From: Bacteroidales bacterium UBA1402
GTDB taxonomy: Bacteria; Bacteroidota; Bacteroidia; Bacteroidales; UBA1402
Length of the DNA stretch: 64,000 nt
Direction: 5' to 3'
NCBI GenBank assembly: GCA_002305085.1
Contig: DBQE01000006.1
Coordinates: 76,139 to 140,138 of the forward strand
Part shown: piece by piece, positions 26,072-35,479 of the stretch
Position numbering within the stretch: the stretch's first letter is position 1
How the letters are laid out: each line of letters opens with the position of its first letter
Program-made: the position numbers and the translations under genes
Notes under the pieces: generated by a model
Database searches by the model: none
What the model was told of the DNA's origin: nothing
What the model saw: the letters and a program-made list of their open reading frames with translations, nothing else

Positions 26072-27712
26072 ATGAAAAAACGTAATATTTTCTTTTTAGC
26101 GCTCGGATTGGTGTTGCTGGGATCTTGTACGGATCTGAATACTATTCCTGAGGGAGGTACTCTTACCGAAGAACAGAAAAGGGAGGTGGTCGAAGCTATT
26201 CCCGGCCGCCTGGCAGCAGACATCAATGGTATGTTTGCGGTCCTTTCGAAACAATATTGTGTATTTGGAGCAGCTAGTGGACGTGATGATGACCACGGCT
26301 ATCCTGCGGCAGCCATGTCCTGGGATCTGAATGGCCCCGATATGGTAGGTACAGACGATAATTACAACTGGTTCTCCGTTGCTTCCGATTATGCCGACAG
26401 GACCTATACTTATGCCAATCCCTATATGAGGTGGGCCATGTTCTATAAGCAGATCAAAATGGCAAACGACGTAATGGCGTCTATTCCAGAAGATACCGAT
26501 AATCCGACTTTGTTGACCTACAGAGGTCTTGCTCATGCTGTTCGTGCCTTTGATTATTTCTCGTTGGTTCAATACTACCAATTTACCTATGGTCCGGAAA
26601 CTTTGGATAAACCGGCTGTTCCTATTGTAGAGCCCGGAATGACCGATGTAACCAATCCCAGAGCAACCGTACGACAAGTGTACGAATTGATTATGAACGA
26701 CATCGACACGGCCATTGTTTTACTCAAGGATTACGTGCCGACATCCAAGTCTTACATCAGCGAAGCCGTAGCCTATGGTCTTCGTGCCAGAGTCAATCTC
26801 GTAATGAAAAACTACGCTCAGGCTGCATTGGATGCCCGTAAGGCCATTGATTTATTCGGAGGAACTCCTTATACCAGAGAGGAACTTATGACTCCCGGAT
26901 TTATAGACGCAACCGACCACAATTGGATGTGGGCTTTAATCATTACTCCCGACGTGGTGCCTGATGCTTATCCTGCGTGGCCCGCCGTACTTGCTTCCTT
27001 CTCGGGCGACAGTTATACCTGCGGGGTGGGTTGTTACAAGATGATTAATACCCTGTTGTATTCGATTATTCCTGCCACCGATGTACGCAAAGGCTGGTGG
27101 GTAGATGCCGAATTGAAATCACCTCTCATCGACAGTCTGTCATGGCCCGAATACAAAGGCGAACCCCTGGGTCCGTTGAACATTCCCGATGTAAAAATGC
27201 CCTATTTGCCTTATACCAATGTTAAGTTTGGCCAATTTGGTGGAATTGGAAACACAGTAAATGCGGGCGACTGGTGTATGATGCGTGTAGAGGAAATGCT
27301 CTTGATTGAAGCTGAAGCTACAGGTATGACTGACGAGGCCGCCGGAAAGAATTTGTTGACAAATTTTGTGAAAACCTACAGAGATCCCGCTTATACCTTC
27401 CCCGCCTCCGGTATTAAATTCCAGGACGAATGCTGGAAACAACGCCGTATAGAACTGTGGGGCGAAGGTTTCTCCATGATGGATATTATGCGTCTCAAGA
27501 AAAACATTGTGCGTTTTAATTCGAGGGTTGAAACCAATCATCCGGAAGCTTTCCGTTTCAACCTGGCTGCCGACGACGGCTGGTTGTTGATGCGTATTCC
27601 CCAAAGAGAAATCAACTCGAACCCTGGTATCGGCGATGAAGACAACAACAACGATGGAGCTTTGCCCGTAAGCGGTGACGGTGCAGGCCTTAGAGATGGT
27701 GTAACAGACTAA
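26072..27712 (+). CDS. SusD/RagB family lipoprotein
   Basis: Lipobox LLGSC. Motifs RAFDYFSLVQYY, MRVEEMLLIEAEA, RRIELWGEG and IPQREINSN. Confidence 0.95.
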   Translation: MKKRNIFFLALGLVLLGSCTDLNTIPEGGTLTEEQKREVVEAIPGRLAADINGMFAVLSKQYCVFGAASGRDDDHGYPAAAMSWDLNGPDMVGTDDNYNWFSVASDYADRTYTYANPYMRWAMFYKQIKMANDVMASIPEDTDNPTLLTYRGLAHAVRAFDYFSLVQYYQFTYGPETLDKPAVPIVEPGMTDVTNPRATVRQVYELIMNDIDTAIVLLKDYVPTSKSYISEAVAYGLRARVNLVMKNYAQAALDARKAIDLFGGTPYTREELMTPGFIDATDHNWMWALIITPDVVPDAYPAWPAVLASFSGDSYTCGVGCYKMINTLLYSIIPATDVRKGWWVDAELKSPLIDSLSWPEYKGEPLGPLNIPDVKMPYLPYTNVKFGQFGGIGNTVNAGDWCMMRVEEMLLIEAEATGMTDEAAGKNLLTNFVKTYRDPAYTFPASGIKFQDECWKQRRIELWGEGFSMMDIMRLKKNIVRFNSRVETNHPEAFRFNLAADDGWLLMRIPQREINSNPGIGDEDNNNDGALPVSGDGAGLRDGVTD

Positions 27713-27742
27713 TTAAACAAGAATCATTTAATCATGCACGCT

Positions 27743-28654
27743 ATGAAAAATTTTAAAAGAATATTCTTTATCATAGGGCTGGGGGCCTTCTTATGGTCGT
27801 CCTGTACCGAGGATATTCCCGTAAGGGAAGAATCTCCGGCGGCTGACCCCGAAAGTATGCAAGTATACTTCCCCAACAGCCAAAAGTACAAATATGAATT
27901 GCCTCCGACCGTTTTCGAAGTCGATATTGATCTGAAACGCGAAAAGTCTGCGAAGGCTGCTACGGTTAAAATTATAGTGACCTCCGATTTGACCGGCGTT
28001 TTTACCGTACCCGAAACTGTTAGTTTTGCCGCGGGCGATTCCACGGCCAAGCTTACCATCACCTTCGATACTCTTGAACAATTTAAGCCCTACCAGATAT
28101 CGTTCAAGATAGAAGATCAATACATCAATCCTTATATTGTCAACCCCGATGGTACTTCAGATTTCAACCTCTATGTCGAGCAAAACGACTTCCTGCCTGT
28201 GGGTGATGGTAAGGGTCAATTCTACGACAGCTTTACCCTGGCCTCGGTTGCAGATGTATCTATCACTTACTCTAAGAAAAAAGACGCTTACCGCATCGGC
28301 AATCCTTATTCCTTGGCACTTCTTGAAGAAGCCGGATGGGGAAACTGGATTGGAGGTCCTACAAGCGAGAACATTGAAATCCAGATAACGAAAGAAGGAA
28401 AGGTTACCTGGGAGTTCTGGTATATTGGATTGAATTATCAGGGTGTCAGCGGATATCCTATAAAAGCTTATTTTCCCTCATTCCGCACGAAAGATGATGT
28501 CGCTCTTGATGATTTGAGTGGTAAGATTATGGATAATCTGTACGAATTACATCCTCATTTCTATGTGGACGGACTTGGCAGTTTTGGCACTAAATATCCG
28601 GTATTTATTTCTTTACCCGGTGGCCCCAATCTGAATGAACTTTTGGCAGAATAA
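27743..28654 (+). CDS. Surface lipoprotein associated with SusC/SusD (Ig-like N-terminal domain)
   Basis: Signal MKNFKRIFFIIGLGAFLWSSC followed by acidic TED. Contains VPETVSFAAG. Directly downstream of susD. Confidence 0.7.
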   Translation: MKNFKRIFFIIGLGAFLWSSCTEDIPVREESPAADPESMQVYFPNSQKYKYELPPTVFEVDIDLKREKSAKAATVKIIVTSDLTGVFTVPETVSFAAGDSTAKLTITFDTLEQFKPYQISFKIEDQYINPYIVNPDGTSDFNLYVEQNDFLPVGDGKGQFYDSFTLASVADVSITYSKKKDAYRIGNPYSLALLEEAGWGNWIGGPTSENIEIQITKEGKVTWEFWYIGLNYQGVSGYPIKAYFPSFRTKDDVALDDLSGKIMDNLYELHPHFYVDGLGSFGTKYPVFISLPGGPNLNELLAE

Positions 28655-28680
28655 TCCTAAGTTTCTGAAACCATAAAATG

Positions 28681-28714
28681 AAAGCCCTTCCTGATTCAGG
28701 AGGGGCTTTTTTTT
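28681..28714 (+). terminator. Rho-independent terminator
   Basis: AAAGCCCTTCCTGA-T-TCAGGAGGGGCTTT followed by a T tract. Confidence 0.85.
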
Positions 28715-28715
28715 A

Positions 28716-28775
28716 GAGCATCTTTCGGGGCAGGCATCCTTCGGCAAGCATCCTTCAGCGGGCATCCTTCAGCGG
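28716..28775. repeat. 14-bp tandem repeat, 4 copies
   Basis: gagcatctttcgggg / caggcatccttcgg / caagcatccttcag / cgggcatccttcag. Confidence 0.8.
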
Positions 28776-28894
28776 AAAAGCAGTAAATTCCGTCGAATAC
28801 ATCAAAACCCCGGTTAAGCGACCGGGTATATCTGCCAAAGGAACTCATTGGATTAAAAATAAATATGTATTTTTGTGCGTTACAAAAAAAAGCA

Positions 28895-31800
28895 ATGCAC
28901 AGGAAACAGATACTCATTTTTATATTCTGCTTGCTATGTTCGCGGGCGCTTTGGGCAGTGATGGCTTATCCCTACCCTATAGAAATCGATTTGCCCGATG
29001 GCAGTAAGTTGGAAATACAACGTCATGGAGATGAGTTTTTTAATTACACTACCGACCAAAACGGTTATATTATAGCTCAAAAACCGGACGGCTATTACTA
29101 CTACGCCAACTACGACGAACAAGCGAAACTCAATATCAGCAACTACCGTGCCGACAGCCGGGCGGCAAGGCGCTCGGCCGTGGTGCCTGAAGTCAATTTC
29201 AGGCGGGCAGCTCAGACCCGAAGCGAGCGTTACGAAGCAAGCCGGGATTTAATCAGGGCCAACGCTAAGCAAGCTTACGAGGGCAGGCTAAAAACGCTCG
29301 TTTTACTGGTTGCTTTTCAGGACAAGGCTTTTGTTTCTCCGACGGCGCACGATGATTTCGACAGACTAAGTAACGAATTGGGTTACAGCGATAACGGTGC
29401 AACCGGTTCGGTAAGAGATTATTATCGGGACAATTCAAACGGAGTTTTTGACCCGGAATTTGTTGTTATGGGGCCCTATACCCTGTCAAAACCCATGAGT
29501 TATTACGGGGGCAATAACGAGGAAGGTAACGACAACGATCCCAGGCGCATGGTGATAGAAGCAGCCTGGATGGCCAACGAGGAAGGTGTGGATTTCTCTG
29601 AGTTTGACCAGAACAACGACGGCTATGTTGATTTCATCTATGTGTATTATGCCGGATACAACGAAGCCGAAGGCGGTCCTGCCGCCAGTATATGGCCGCA
29701 TTCCTGGTCGGTTGCCTATATGGACAGTACACTATTGGACGGAGTAAAATTGGGCTATTACGCTTGTTCTTCAGAATTAGCAGGCGCATCGGGTTCGACG
29801 ATGTCCGCCATTGGAACCGTTTGTCATGAATACGGACATACCCTGGGTTTGATGGATGTGTACGATACCGATGGAGCAGAAAGTGGAGGAATGTCGGGAG
29901 GCTTGGGTGCATTGAGTTTGATGAGTTCGGGAAATTACAACAATAAGAGTCGTACTCCTCCGCATCTGACTTCGGAAGAACGCTGGTCTTTGGGCTGGAT
30001 GACCCCTACAACCATAACCGAAGCCGGAGACTATTCGTTGGCTTCCATAGATCAGAATCAGGCTTATATAATACCTACTTTAAACGAAAACGAGTATTTT
30101 CTTCTTGAAAACCGGCAGCATAATAATTGGGATCTTTACATCAAAGGCGAGGGTCTGTTGATTTACCATGTGGATAAATCGAGAAACATGGTGCTTGGTA
30201 AAACAGCTTTGGAGAGATGGTATACCAACACCGTCAATGTATATCCCCAACATCAATGTATGGATATGGAAGAAGCCGTGGGTTCCGAATCCAAGGGTGA
30301 CATGTATGCCTTCTACCCCGGTCCTTCGGGCTTGTATACTGCTTTTACCCGTACCACCACTCCGGCAGCTTTAGCCTGGTCGGGACTACCATTGGGCAAA
30401 GAACTTTACGATATAAGATTGGAAGGTCAAGAAATTCACTTCAGAGTGGAACTCGAAGACCAGGTCTATTTCGGAGGGCAGGTAATCAACAGAGAAGGCC
30501 AACCTGTTCAGGGAGCACTTCTCTATCTTAAAGAGCTCGTTGAGCAGCCGGTGTCGGGCAATACGACCGGTTTACGTTCCGCCATGCATATTTCAGGTGT
30601 TTATTATACCACTACGAGCGGCATCGACGGGCGTTTTATTTTTGACGAAGACTTAGATCCGGGCGTGTATGAACTTTTATGTCAGTCGGAGGCATATATC
30701 AGTAATTCTCAGATTGTTGAATTAAAACCAGGCAGTAACAGCGTCTTGATTACTTTGCTTACCGAGGCCGAACAATTGATAGAAGGAACTTTAAGTTGGT
30801 GCCGGGATTTCAGTTACGGAGGAGCTATCGGAAACGAAGGGGAATCTTTCGTGGCGGGTGCCTCCTGGACGGCCGAAGAGCTGAGTCAGTACCGGGGAAT
30901 GTATATAGGGAGAATGACCTTTTTCATTGCCGGTGGTAATCCCGATGTTGAGGTTAGCATCTATGCCGACAGGAATCCGATATTTAAGAAAAACATTGCT
31001 GCAGAAGACTTGACTGCCAATAGTTTTTACAGCCTGAATTTAATGGCCGACAGTTTGGTCATAAACCCCGAAACAGAATTAATTCTTGCTTACCAGGTTA
31101 GTAATTACCCCAAAAACGCTTATCCGGCCGGAATTTGCGGTGGAAGTAGAGTAGAGGGTAAGGGAAATTTAATTTCACTGGATCAAGGAGCTACGTGGAC
31201 AACACTATATCAGGAAGCAGAAATTGAAGGCAATTGGTTGATTTCTTTCGATATATATCGTGGTTCGGATTTTGTCGCAATGGAATCTTTCAACCTGGAT
31301 CCCACAGATTTGACCATGAAAATCGGAGAAACCCGGTATTTATACGGTCAAATAAAACCTGCGAATGCCACAAACGGAAAAATAAGCTGGTCGAGTTCGG
31401 ATTCTTCCGTGGTTTGGGTGGATCAAACGGGTAAAGTCTTTGCTCTTGCGGCCGGTCAATCGGTCGTAACGGCAACAACAGACGGAGGAAATCGTTCTGC
31501 CACTTGCCAGGTAAAAGTTGTTCCCACCATTGCCTCCAGTCTAAACGTTAACGTAGCGCAACATGTGTTTTTTGTGGATTGGGACGAGGCGACCGGAGAT
31601 GCCTGGACTTTTTCCTGGAGGAATCTTGGCGATTCCGTATATCAAGATACCACACTTACTCAAAGTTCTTTTCTATTGGAAGGCCTCGACCCCAAAAGCA
31701 CAACGGAGGTTTTGGTGCAGGCTTACTCCGAACAGCAATTGGTGGATGAACACGCCTTTAGCGTTACTACGGCCAACAAAAAATCGGATTTCATGGCCAT

Positions 31801-32011
31801 CTATACAACGGAAACTTTCTCTCCCGGACAAAAACTATTGCTCGATGTGTTGAACTTGCCGGAAGACGCCTCTGTAAATGTGTGGAAACTCAACGACGAA
31901 GTCGTTTCGGGCTCTATTCTCGAGTTGTCCGAAGGCATACATGAACTAAGGGTAGAAATAACTACCTCTAAAGGCATAGAAATAATACGCCGGCAATTAA
32001 AAGTTGAATAA
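28895..32011 (+). CDS. M6 (immune inhibitor A-like) metalloprotease with a carboxypeptidase-regulatory-like domain, an Ig-like (Big_2) domain and further C-terminal domains
   Basis: Propeptide AYPYP...GDEFF, GSVRDYYRDNS, IWPHSW, zinc motif HEYGHTLGLMD, EYFLLENRQ, and Big_2 motif PANATNGKISWSSSD. ATG 28895 is preferred because TATTTTTG (28868-28875) looks like the -7 box. Confidence 0.9.
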   Translation: MHRKQILIFIFCLLCSRALWAVMAYPYPIEIDLPDGSKLEIQRHGDEFFNYTTDQNGYIIAQKPDGYYYYANYDEQAKLNISNYRADSRAARRSAVVPEVNFRRAAQTRSERYEASRDLIRANAKQAYEGRLKTLVLLVAFQDKAFVSPTAHDDFDRLSNELGYSDNGATGSVRDYYRDNSNGVFDPEFVVMGPYTLSKPMSYYGGNNEEGNDNDPRRMVIEAAWMANEEGVDFSEFDQNNDGYVDFIYVYYAGYNEAEGGPAASIWPHSWSVAYMDSTLLDGVKLGYYACSSELAGASGSTMSAIGTVCHEYGHTLGLMDVYDTDGAESGGMSGGLGALSLMSSGNYNNKSRTPPHLTSEERWSLGWMTPTTITEAGDYSLASIDQNQAYIIPTLNENEYFLLENRQHNNWDLYIKGEGLLIYHVDKSRNMVLGKTALERWYTNTVNVYPQHQCMDMEEAVGSESKGDMYAFYPGPSGLYTAFTRTTTPAALAWSGLPLGKELYDIRLEGQEIHFRVELEDQVYFGGQVINREGQPVQGALLYLKELVEQPVSGNTTGLRSAMHISGVYYTTTSGIDGRFIFDEDLDPGVYELLCQSEAYISNSQIVELKPGSNSVLITLLTEAEQLIEGTLSWCRDFSYGGAIGNEGESFVAGASWTAEELSQYRGMYIGRMTFFIAGGNPDVEVSIYADRNPIFKKNIAAEDLTANSFYSLNLMADSLVINPETELILAYQVSNYPKNAYPAGICGGSRVEGKGNLISLDQGATWTTLYQEAEIEGNWLISFDIYRGSDFVAMESFNLDPTDLTMKIGETRYLYGQIKPANATNGKISWSSSDSSVVWVDQTGKVFALAAGQSVVTATTDGGNRSATCQVKVVPTIASSLNVNVAQHVFFVDWDEATGDAWTFSWRNLGDSVYQDTTLTQSSFLLEGLDPKSTTEVLVQAYSEQQLVDEHAFSVTTANKKSDFMAIYTTETFSPGQKLLLDVLNLPEDASVNVWKLNDEVVSGSILELSEGIHELRVEITTSKGIEIIRRQLKVE

Positions 32012-32012
32012 T

Positions 32013-32438
32013 ATGAGAAGGCATTTTAGTATACTGGCACTTATCCTGTTGACCGGCTTGCTTTACCTGGCTTGCGTAAGGGAAGACCCTTTGTTGAAGG
32101 CTGCCAAGGAACATCTTGTAAGCCAGGAAATCTATGGTATGTACAAAGACCGGCAAGCCGTTTTTATTTACGATGCCGATAAACATCAATTGGCCGACAA
32201 TGCGGAAGCTCTTTATTTCCGAATCCAAAACGACAGTCAAAATACGATACTGCAAATGACTCTCGATCAGGAGCCGGATTTAGGAAAAAAATGCCTGATG
32301 ACTATTGATGCTAAAGGTCTTAGCGGAATAGAAACTTCTTATTCGGTAGAGGTTGTAAAAATGGACGAAAGCAAACAAACCCTGTGGTTGTTCGATCAGA
32401 CCGGCAAAACAGGCTTTGTTATGTTTTACAGGTTTTAA
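32013..32438 (+). CDS. Hypothetical lipoprotein
   Basis: Signal MRRHFSILALILLTGLLYLAC. Tight spacing with both neighbours. Confidence 0.65.
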   Translation: MRRHFSILALILLTGLLYLACVREDPLLKAAKEHLVSQEIYGMYKDRQAVFIYDADKHQLADNAEALYFRIQNDSQNTILQMTLDQEPDLGKKCLMTIDAKGLSGIETSYSVEVVKMDESKQTLWLFDQTGKTGFVMFYRF

Positions 32439-32445
32439 AACTTAG

Positions 32446-33933
32446 ATGAGGATCTTCCGCGTATTTTGTTTGCTTTGTATTTGTAGCTTCGGATTCGGCG
32501 CAGAGAAATCAATACAGCTTAGAGCGGATGAATATCCGGGAACAAGCCTGGCTTACGTGGTTCAGGAAGTTCAGTCGGGCAAGCTGTTGGCCGAAATGAA
32601 TTCCGCACAGGCTTTGGTTCCCGCTTCGCTGAGCAAACTGTTGACTACGGGCGCTGCGCTGGAAATATTGGGGCCCGAAAAGCGTTTCAAAACGGAGCTG
32701 GCCTACAGAGGATTATTGGAAAAGGGCAGCCTCAAAGGGAACCTTTATATACTGGGTGGAGGCGACCCGTCGCTGGGATCGGAATACACCGAAGAACAAG
32801 CCGGACTTTTTCTTCAAGACTGGGCTCAGGCGGTGAAAGAGTTGGGAATAAGCCGTATTGAGGGCGATATCGTTGCCGACCCCTCCATTTTTGACCAAGA
32901 AGCCGTCTCGCCTTACTGGCTATGGGAAGATATGGGCAATTATTACGCGGCCGGAGTGTACGGCCTGGCGGTCTTTGATAATATGTTCCGTCTCGGACTG
33001 AAATCGGGCTTGCCCGGTACTAAACCCGAGATTCTCTATCTTAAACCGGCATTGCCCGAGATGCGGATAATCAATAATCTAATTGCCAAGGACAATGCCA
33101 AAGACAGTGCTTATTTTTACGGGGTTCCCTATCGTTGGGAGCGGGTATTGTACGGCAGCCTGCCGGCCGGAAGAGAAGAATTCGTCATCAAGGGCGATAT
33201 TCCCGATCCTCCCGCTTACCTGGCCTTTAGGTTGCAACAAGAATTGATCAAGGCGGGAATCGACGTGCAAGGTAGAGCCCTTAGCAAGCAAGAACCCGGC
33301 TCTATCTGCAAGGAACCCGGCTTTTTCCCGAAGGAATACGTTAATTCCGCAAATAATCCACAGGCTGACCATGAGGCCGTCGTTTTTTATACCGGCTATT
33401 CCAAACCCCTGGGTGAACTGGTGAAAATAATCAATTACCGCAGCCATAATGTGTACACGGAATACCTGCTGCGACATTTGGCGCTGGCTGCCGGAGCAAA
33501 GGCTCCGGTCTCTGCCCGGGAGGGACTGGAAGTTTTACAGCAATTTTGGTCGGGGAAAGGCGTGGATATCAGTGCCTGGCAATTGTACGATGCTTCGGGT
33601 TTGTCTCCCCTGAACAGGCTGGATGCGGCGAGTCTTGCCCAAGTGTTGCGCTATATGGCCCTGGAAAGCCCGCAGGTCGGTCTGTTTTCCGGCAGTCTGC
33701 CTCAGGCCGCCTTGGAAGGCACGGTGGCCGACTTTGGGAAAACCTTGCCGGGAACACTACGCATGAAAAGCGGATCGATGAAATCGGTAACGAATTACGC
33801 CGGTTATTGGCGGCTGGGAGATAAAACCTATGTGGTGGTTCTTTTATGCAATCAGCACAAACAATCTGCCGCCCGCATACGCAGAGATATGGAGCAACTA
33901 TTAAGAACCATTTACAATAAGGGATTAAAATGA
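32446..33933 (+). CDS. dacB: D-alanyl-D-alanine carboxypeptidase/endopeptidase (PBP4, peptidase S13)
   Basis: PASLSKL (SxxK), SHN (SxN), MKSGSM (KxG), GGGDPSLG and DASGLS. Confidence 0.92.
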   Translation: MRIFRVFCLLCICSFGFGAEKSIQLRADEYPGTSLAYVVQEVQSGKLLAEMNSAQALVPASLSKLLTTGAALEILGPEKRFKTELAYRGLLEKGSLKGNLYILGGGDPSLGSEYTEEQAGLFLQDWAQAVKELGISRIEGDIVADPSIFDQEAVSPYWLWEDMGNYYAAGVYGLAVFDNMFRLGLKSGLPGTKPEILYLKPALPEMRIINNLIAKDNAKDSAYFYGVPYRWERVLYGSLPAGREEFVIKGDIPDPPAYLAFRLQQELIKAGIDVQGRALSKQEPGSICKEPGFFPKEYVNSANNPQADHEAVVFYTGYSKPLGELVKIINYRSHNVYTEYLLRHLALAAGAKAPVSAREGLEVLQQFWSGKGVDISAWQLYDASGLSPLNRLDAASLAQVLRYMALESPQVGLFSGSLPQAALEGTVADFGKTLPGTLRMKSGSMKSVTNYAGYWRLGDKTYVVVLLCNQHKQSAARIRRDMEQLLRTIYNKGLK

Positions 33934-34730
33934 ATAAGGAAGAACTTTTTAAGGAACTGAAAGAATTAAATTTATTGTGGTCGGGTTTGAGCCGGATTCC
34001 CAACTTTCCCAAGGAATTGCTGGAGCTTTCGCTGAACAAACTCGAAAACATCAACCGTCTGGTAAAGGACCTTGAGGAGACGAGTTATCAGCCACAGGTA
34101 AAACCCGCTTTTGAGAAGGAAACGCATACCCGGGAAGCTACTCCCGCCCCCCTTGCAGCCGATTTGAAATCAAAGCCCTCAGTAGCAGAGGAAACCAAGC
34201 CGATACCCGCTCCGCAGAGTTCGACCCCGGCACCCGCAAGCTCATCCCCAACACAGGAAAGCCCGACCCCGGCTCCGGCAAGTCCGACCGCCGCGCAGTC
34301 AAGCCCGCTCACGACATCTGTAAGTCCGCAATCAACACGGGAAAGTTCGCTCCCCGCAAAGGAAAGCGGGCAGACCGAAAAGCCTGTTTCGCCCCCGGCC
34401 ATGAAGATGCCCAAACTGCAAACCGAAAAACCCGAAAGCCTGGTGGATCGTTATGAAAAAACCAGTTCCAAAGAATCCTTGCAAAAGAAATTGGAAAGCA
34501 GGCATTTCGCCGATTTATCCAAAGCCCTGAGCCTAAACGATCGTTTCCGTTTCAGGCGCGACCTCTTTGGGGATTCTCCCGAGACTATGGAACAGGTATT
34601 GCAAGACATTAATACCATGCAAAGTATGGACGAGGCGCTCTCTTATCTACACAAAAATTATTCCCAACACAGTGAAACGGAGAGTTTTGCCGATTTTTGC
34701 AAGCTACTGAACAATCATTTCTCCAGCTAA
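33930..34730 (+). CDS. Conserved hypothetical protein with a Pro/Ser/Thr-rich repeat linker
   Basis: C-terminal DLSKALSLNDRFRFRRDLFG domain typical of the Bacteroidota protein upstream of rsmI. Confidence 0.75.
   Translation: MNKEELFKELKELNLLWSGLSRIPNFPKELLELSLNKLENINRLVKDLEETSYQPQVKPAFEKETHTREATPAPLAADLKSKPSVAEETKPIPAPQSSTPAPASSSPTQESPTPAPASPTAAQSSPLTTSVSPQSTRESSLPAKESGQTEKPVSPPAMKMPKLQTEKPESLVDRYEKTSSKESLQKKLESRHFADLSKALSLNDRFRFRRDLFGDSPETMEQVLQDINTMQSMDEALSYLHKNYSQHSETESFADFCKLLNNHFSS
34200..34367 (+). repeat. In-frame 21-bp (7 aa) degenerate tandem repeat, 8 copies
   Basis: Units PIPAPQS/STPAPAS/SSPTQES/PTPAPAS/PTAAQSS/PLTTSVS/PQSTRES/SLPAKES. Each ends in an AGY Ser codon. Confidence 0.75.
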
Positions 34731-34744
34731 GAAGCACAGCAGCC

Positions 34745-35461
34745 ATGTCAAAACTCAGCATAGTGCCCACGCCCCTGGGAAACCTGGAAGACATCACGCT
34801 TAGAGCGCTAAGAATACTTAAGGAAGCCGATTTGATTCTGGCCGAAGACACCCGTACCACTTCCAAACTACTGAAACATTACGACATCGGCACGCCCATG
34901 CAGTCGCATCATAAATTTAACGAGCATAAAACCGTTGAGCAGGTGGTGGCGCGCATACAGGCCGGAGAACACATTGCTTTGGTCTCCGACGCCGGCACAC
35001 CCGGAATTTCCGATCCGGGTTTTTTGTTAGTGAGGCAATGCTTGCAAGCCGGCCTGCAGGTAGAATGCCTGCCGGGAGCCACTGCTTTTGTACCTGCTCT
35101 GGTGGTATCGGGTTTGCCCGAGGAACGTTTTCATTTCGAGGGCTTTTTGCCGCAGAAAAAAGGCCGCCTTACCCGTTTACGCTATTTGGCGGAACTGACG
35201 CATACTTTTGTGTTGTATGAATCTCCCTACAGAGTGCTCAAAACATTGACGCAACTGGCCGAAATATGCGGCCCGGAGCGCAGGGCTTCCGTCAGCCGTG
35301 AAATCAGCAAAATCTATGAAGAAACCTTGCGGGGAAGCCTGGATGAACTTATCCGTCACTTCAGCCTGACAGAAGCCCGGGGGGAATTTGTGTTGGTCGT
35401 GGCGGGAAAAAACGAATCCCGGGAGCAGTCTTCTTTGGAGAAAGACCACCCCCGGGAATAA
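34745..35461 (+). CDS. rsmI: 16S rRNA (cytidine1402-2'-O)-methyltransferase
   Basis: VPTPLGNLEDITLRAL, AEDTR, VSDAGTPGISDPG and YESPYR. Confidence 0.95.
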   Translation: MSKLSIVPTPLGNLEDITLRALRILKEADLILAEDTRTTSKLLKHYDIGTPMQSHHKFNEHKTVEQVVARIQAGEHIALVSDAGTPGISDPGFLLVRQCLQAGLQVECLPGATAFVPALVVSGLPEERFHFEGFLPQKKGRLTRLRYLAELTHTFVLYESPYRVLKTLTQLAEICGPERRASVSREISKIYEETLRGSLDELIRHFSLTEARGEFVLVVAGKNESREQSSLEKDHPRE

Positions 35462-35479
35462 ACTTATTTTTCGGAAATA

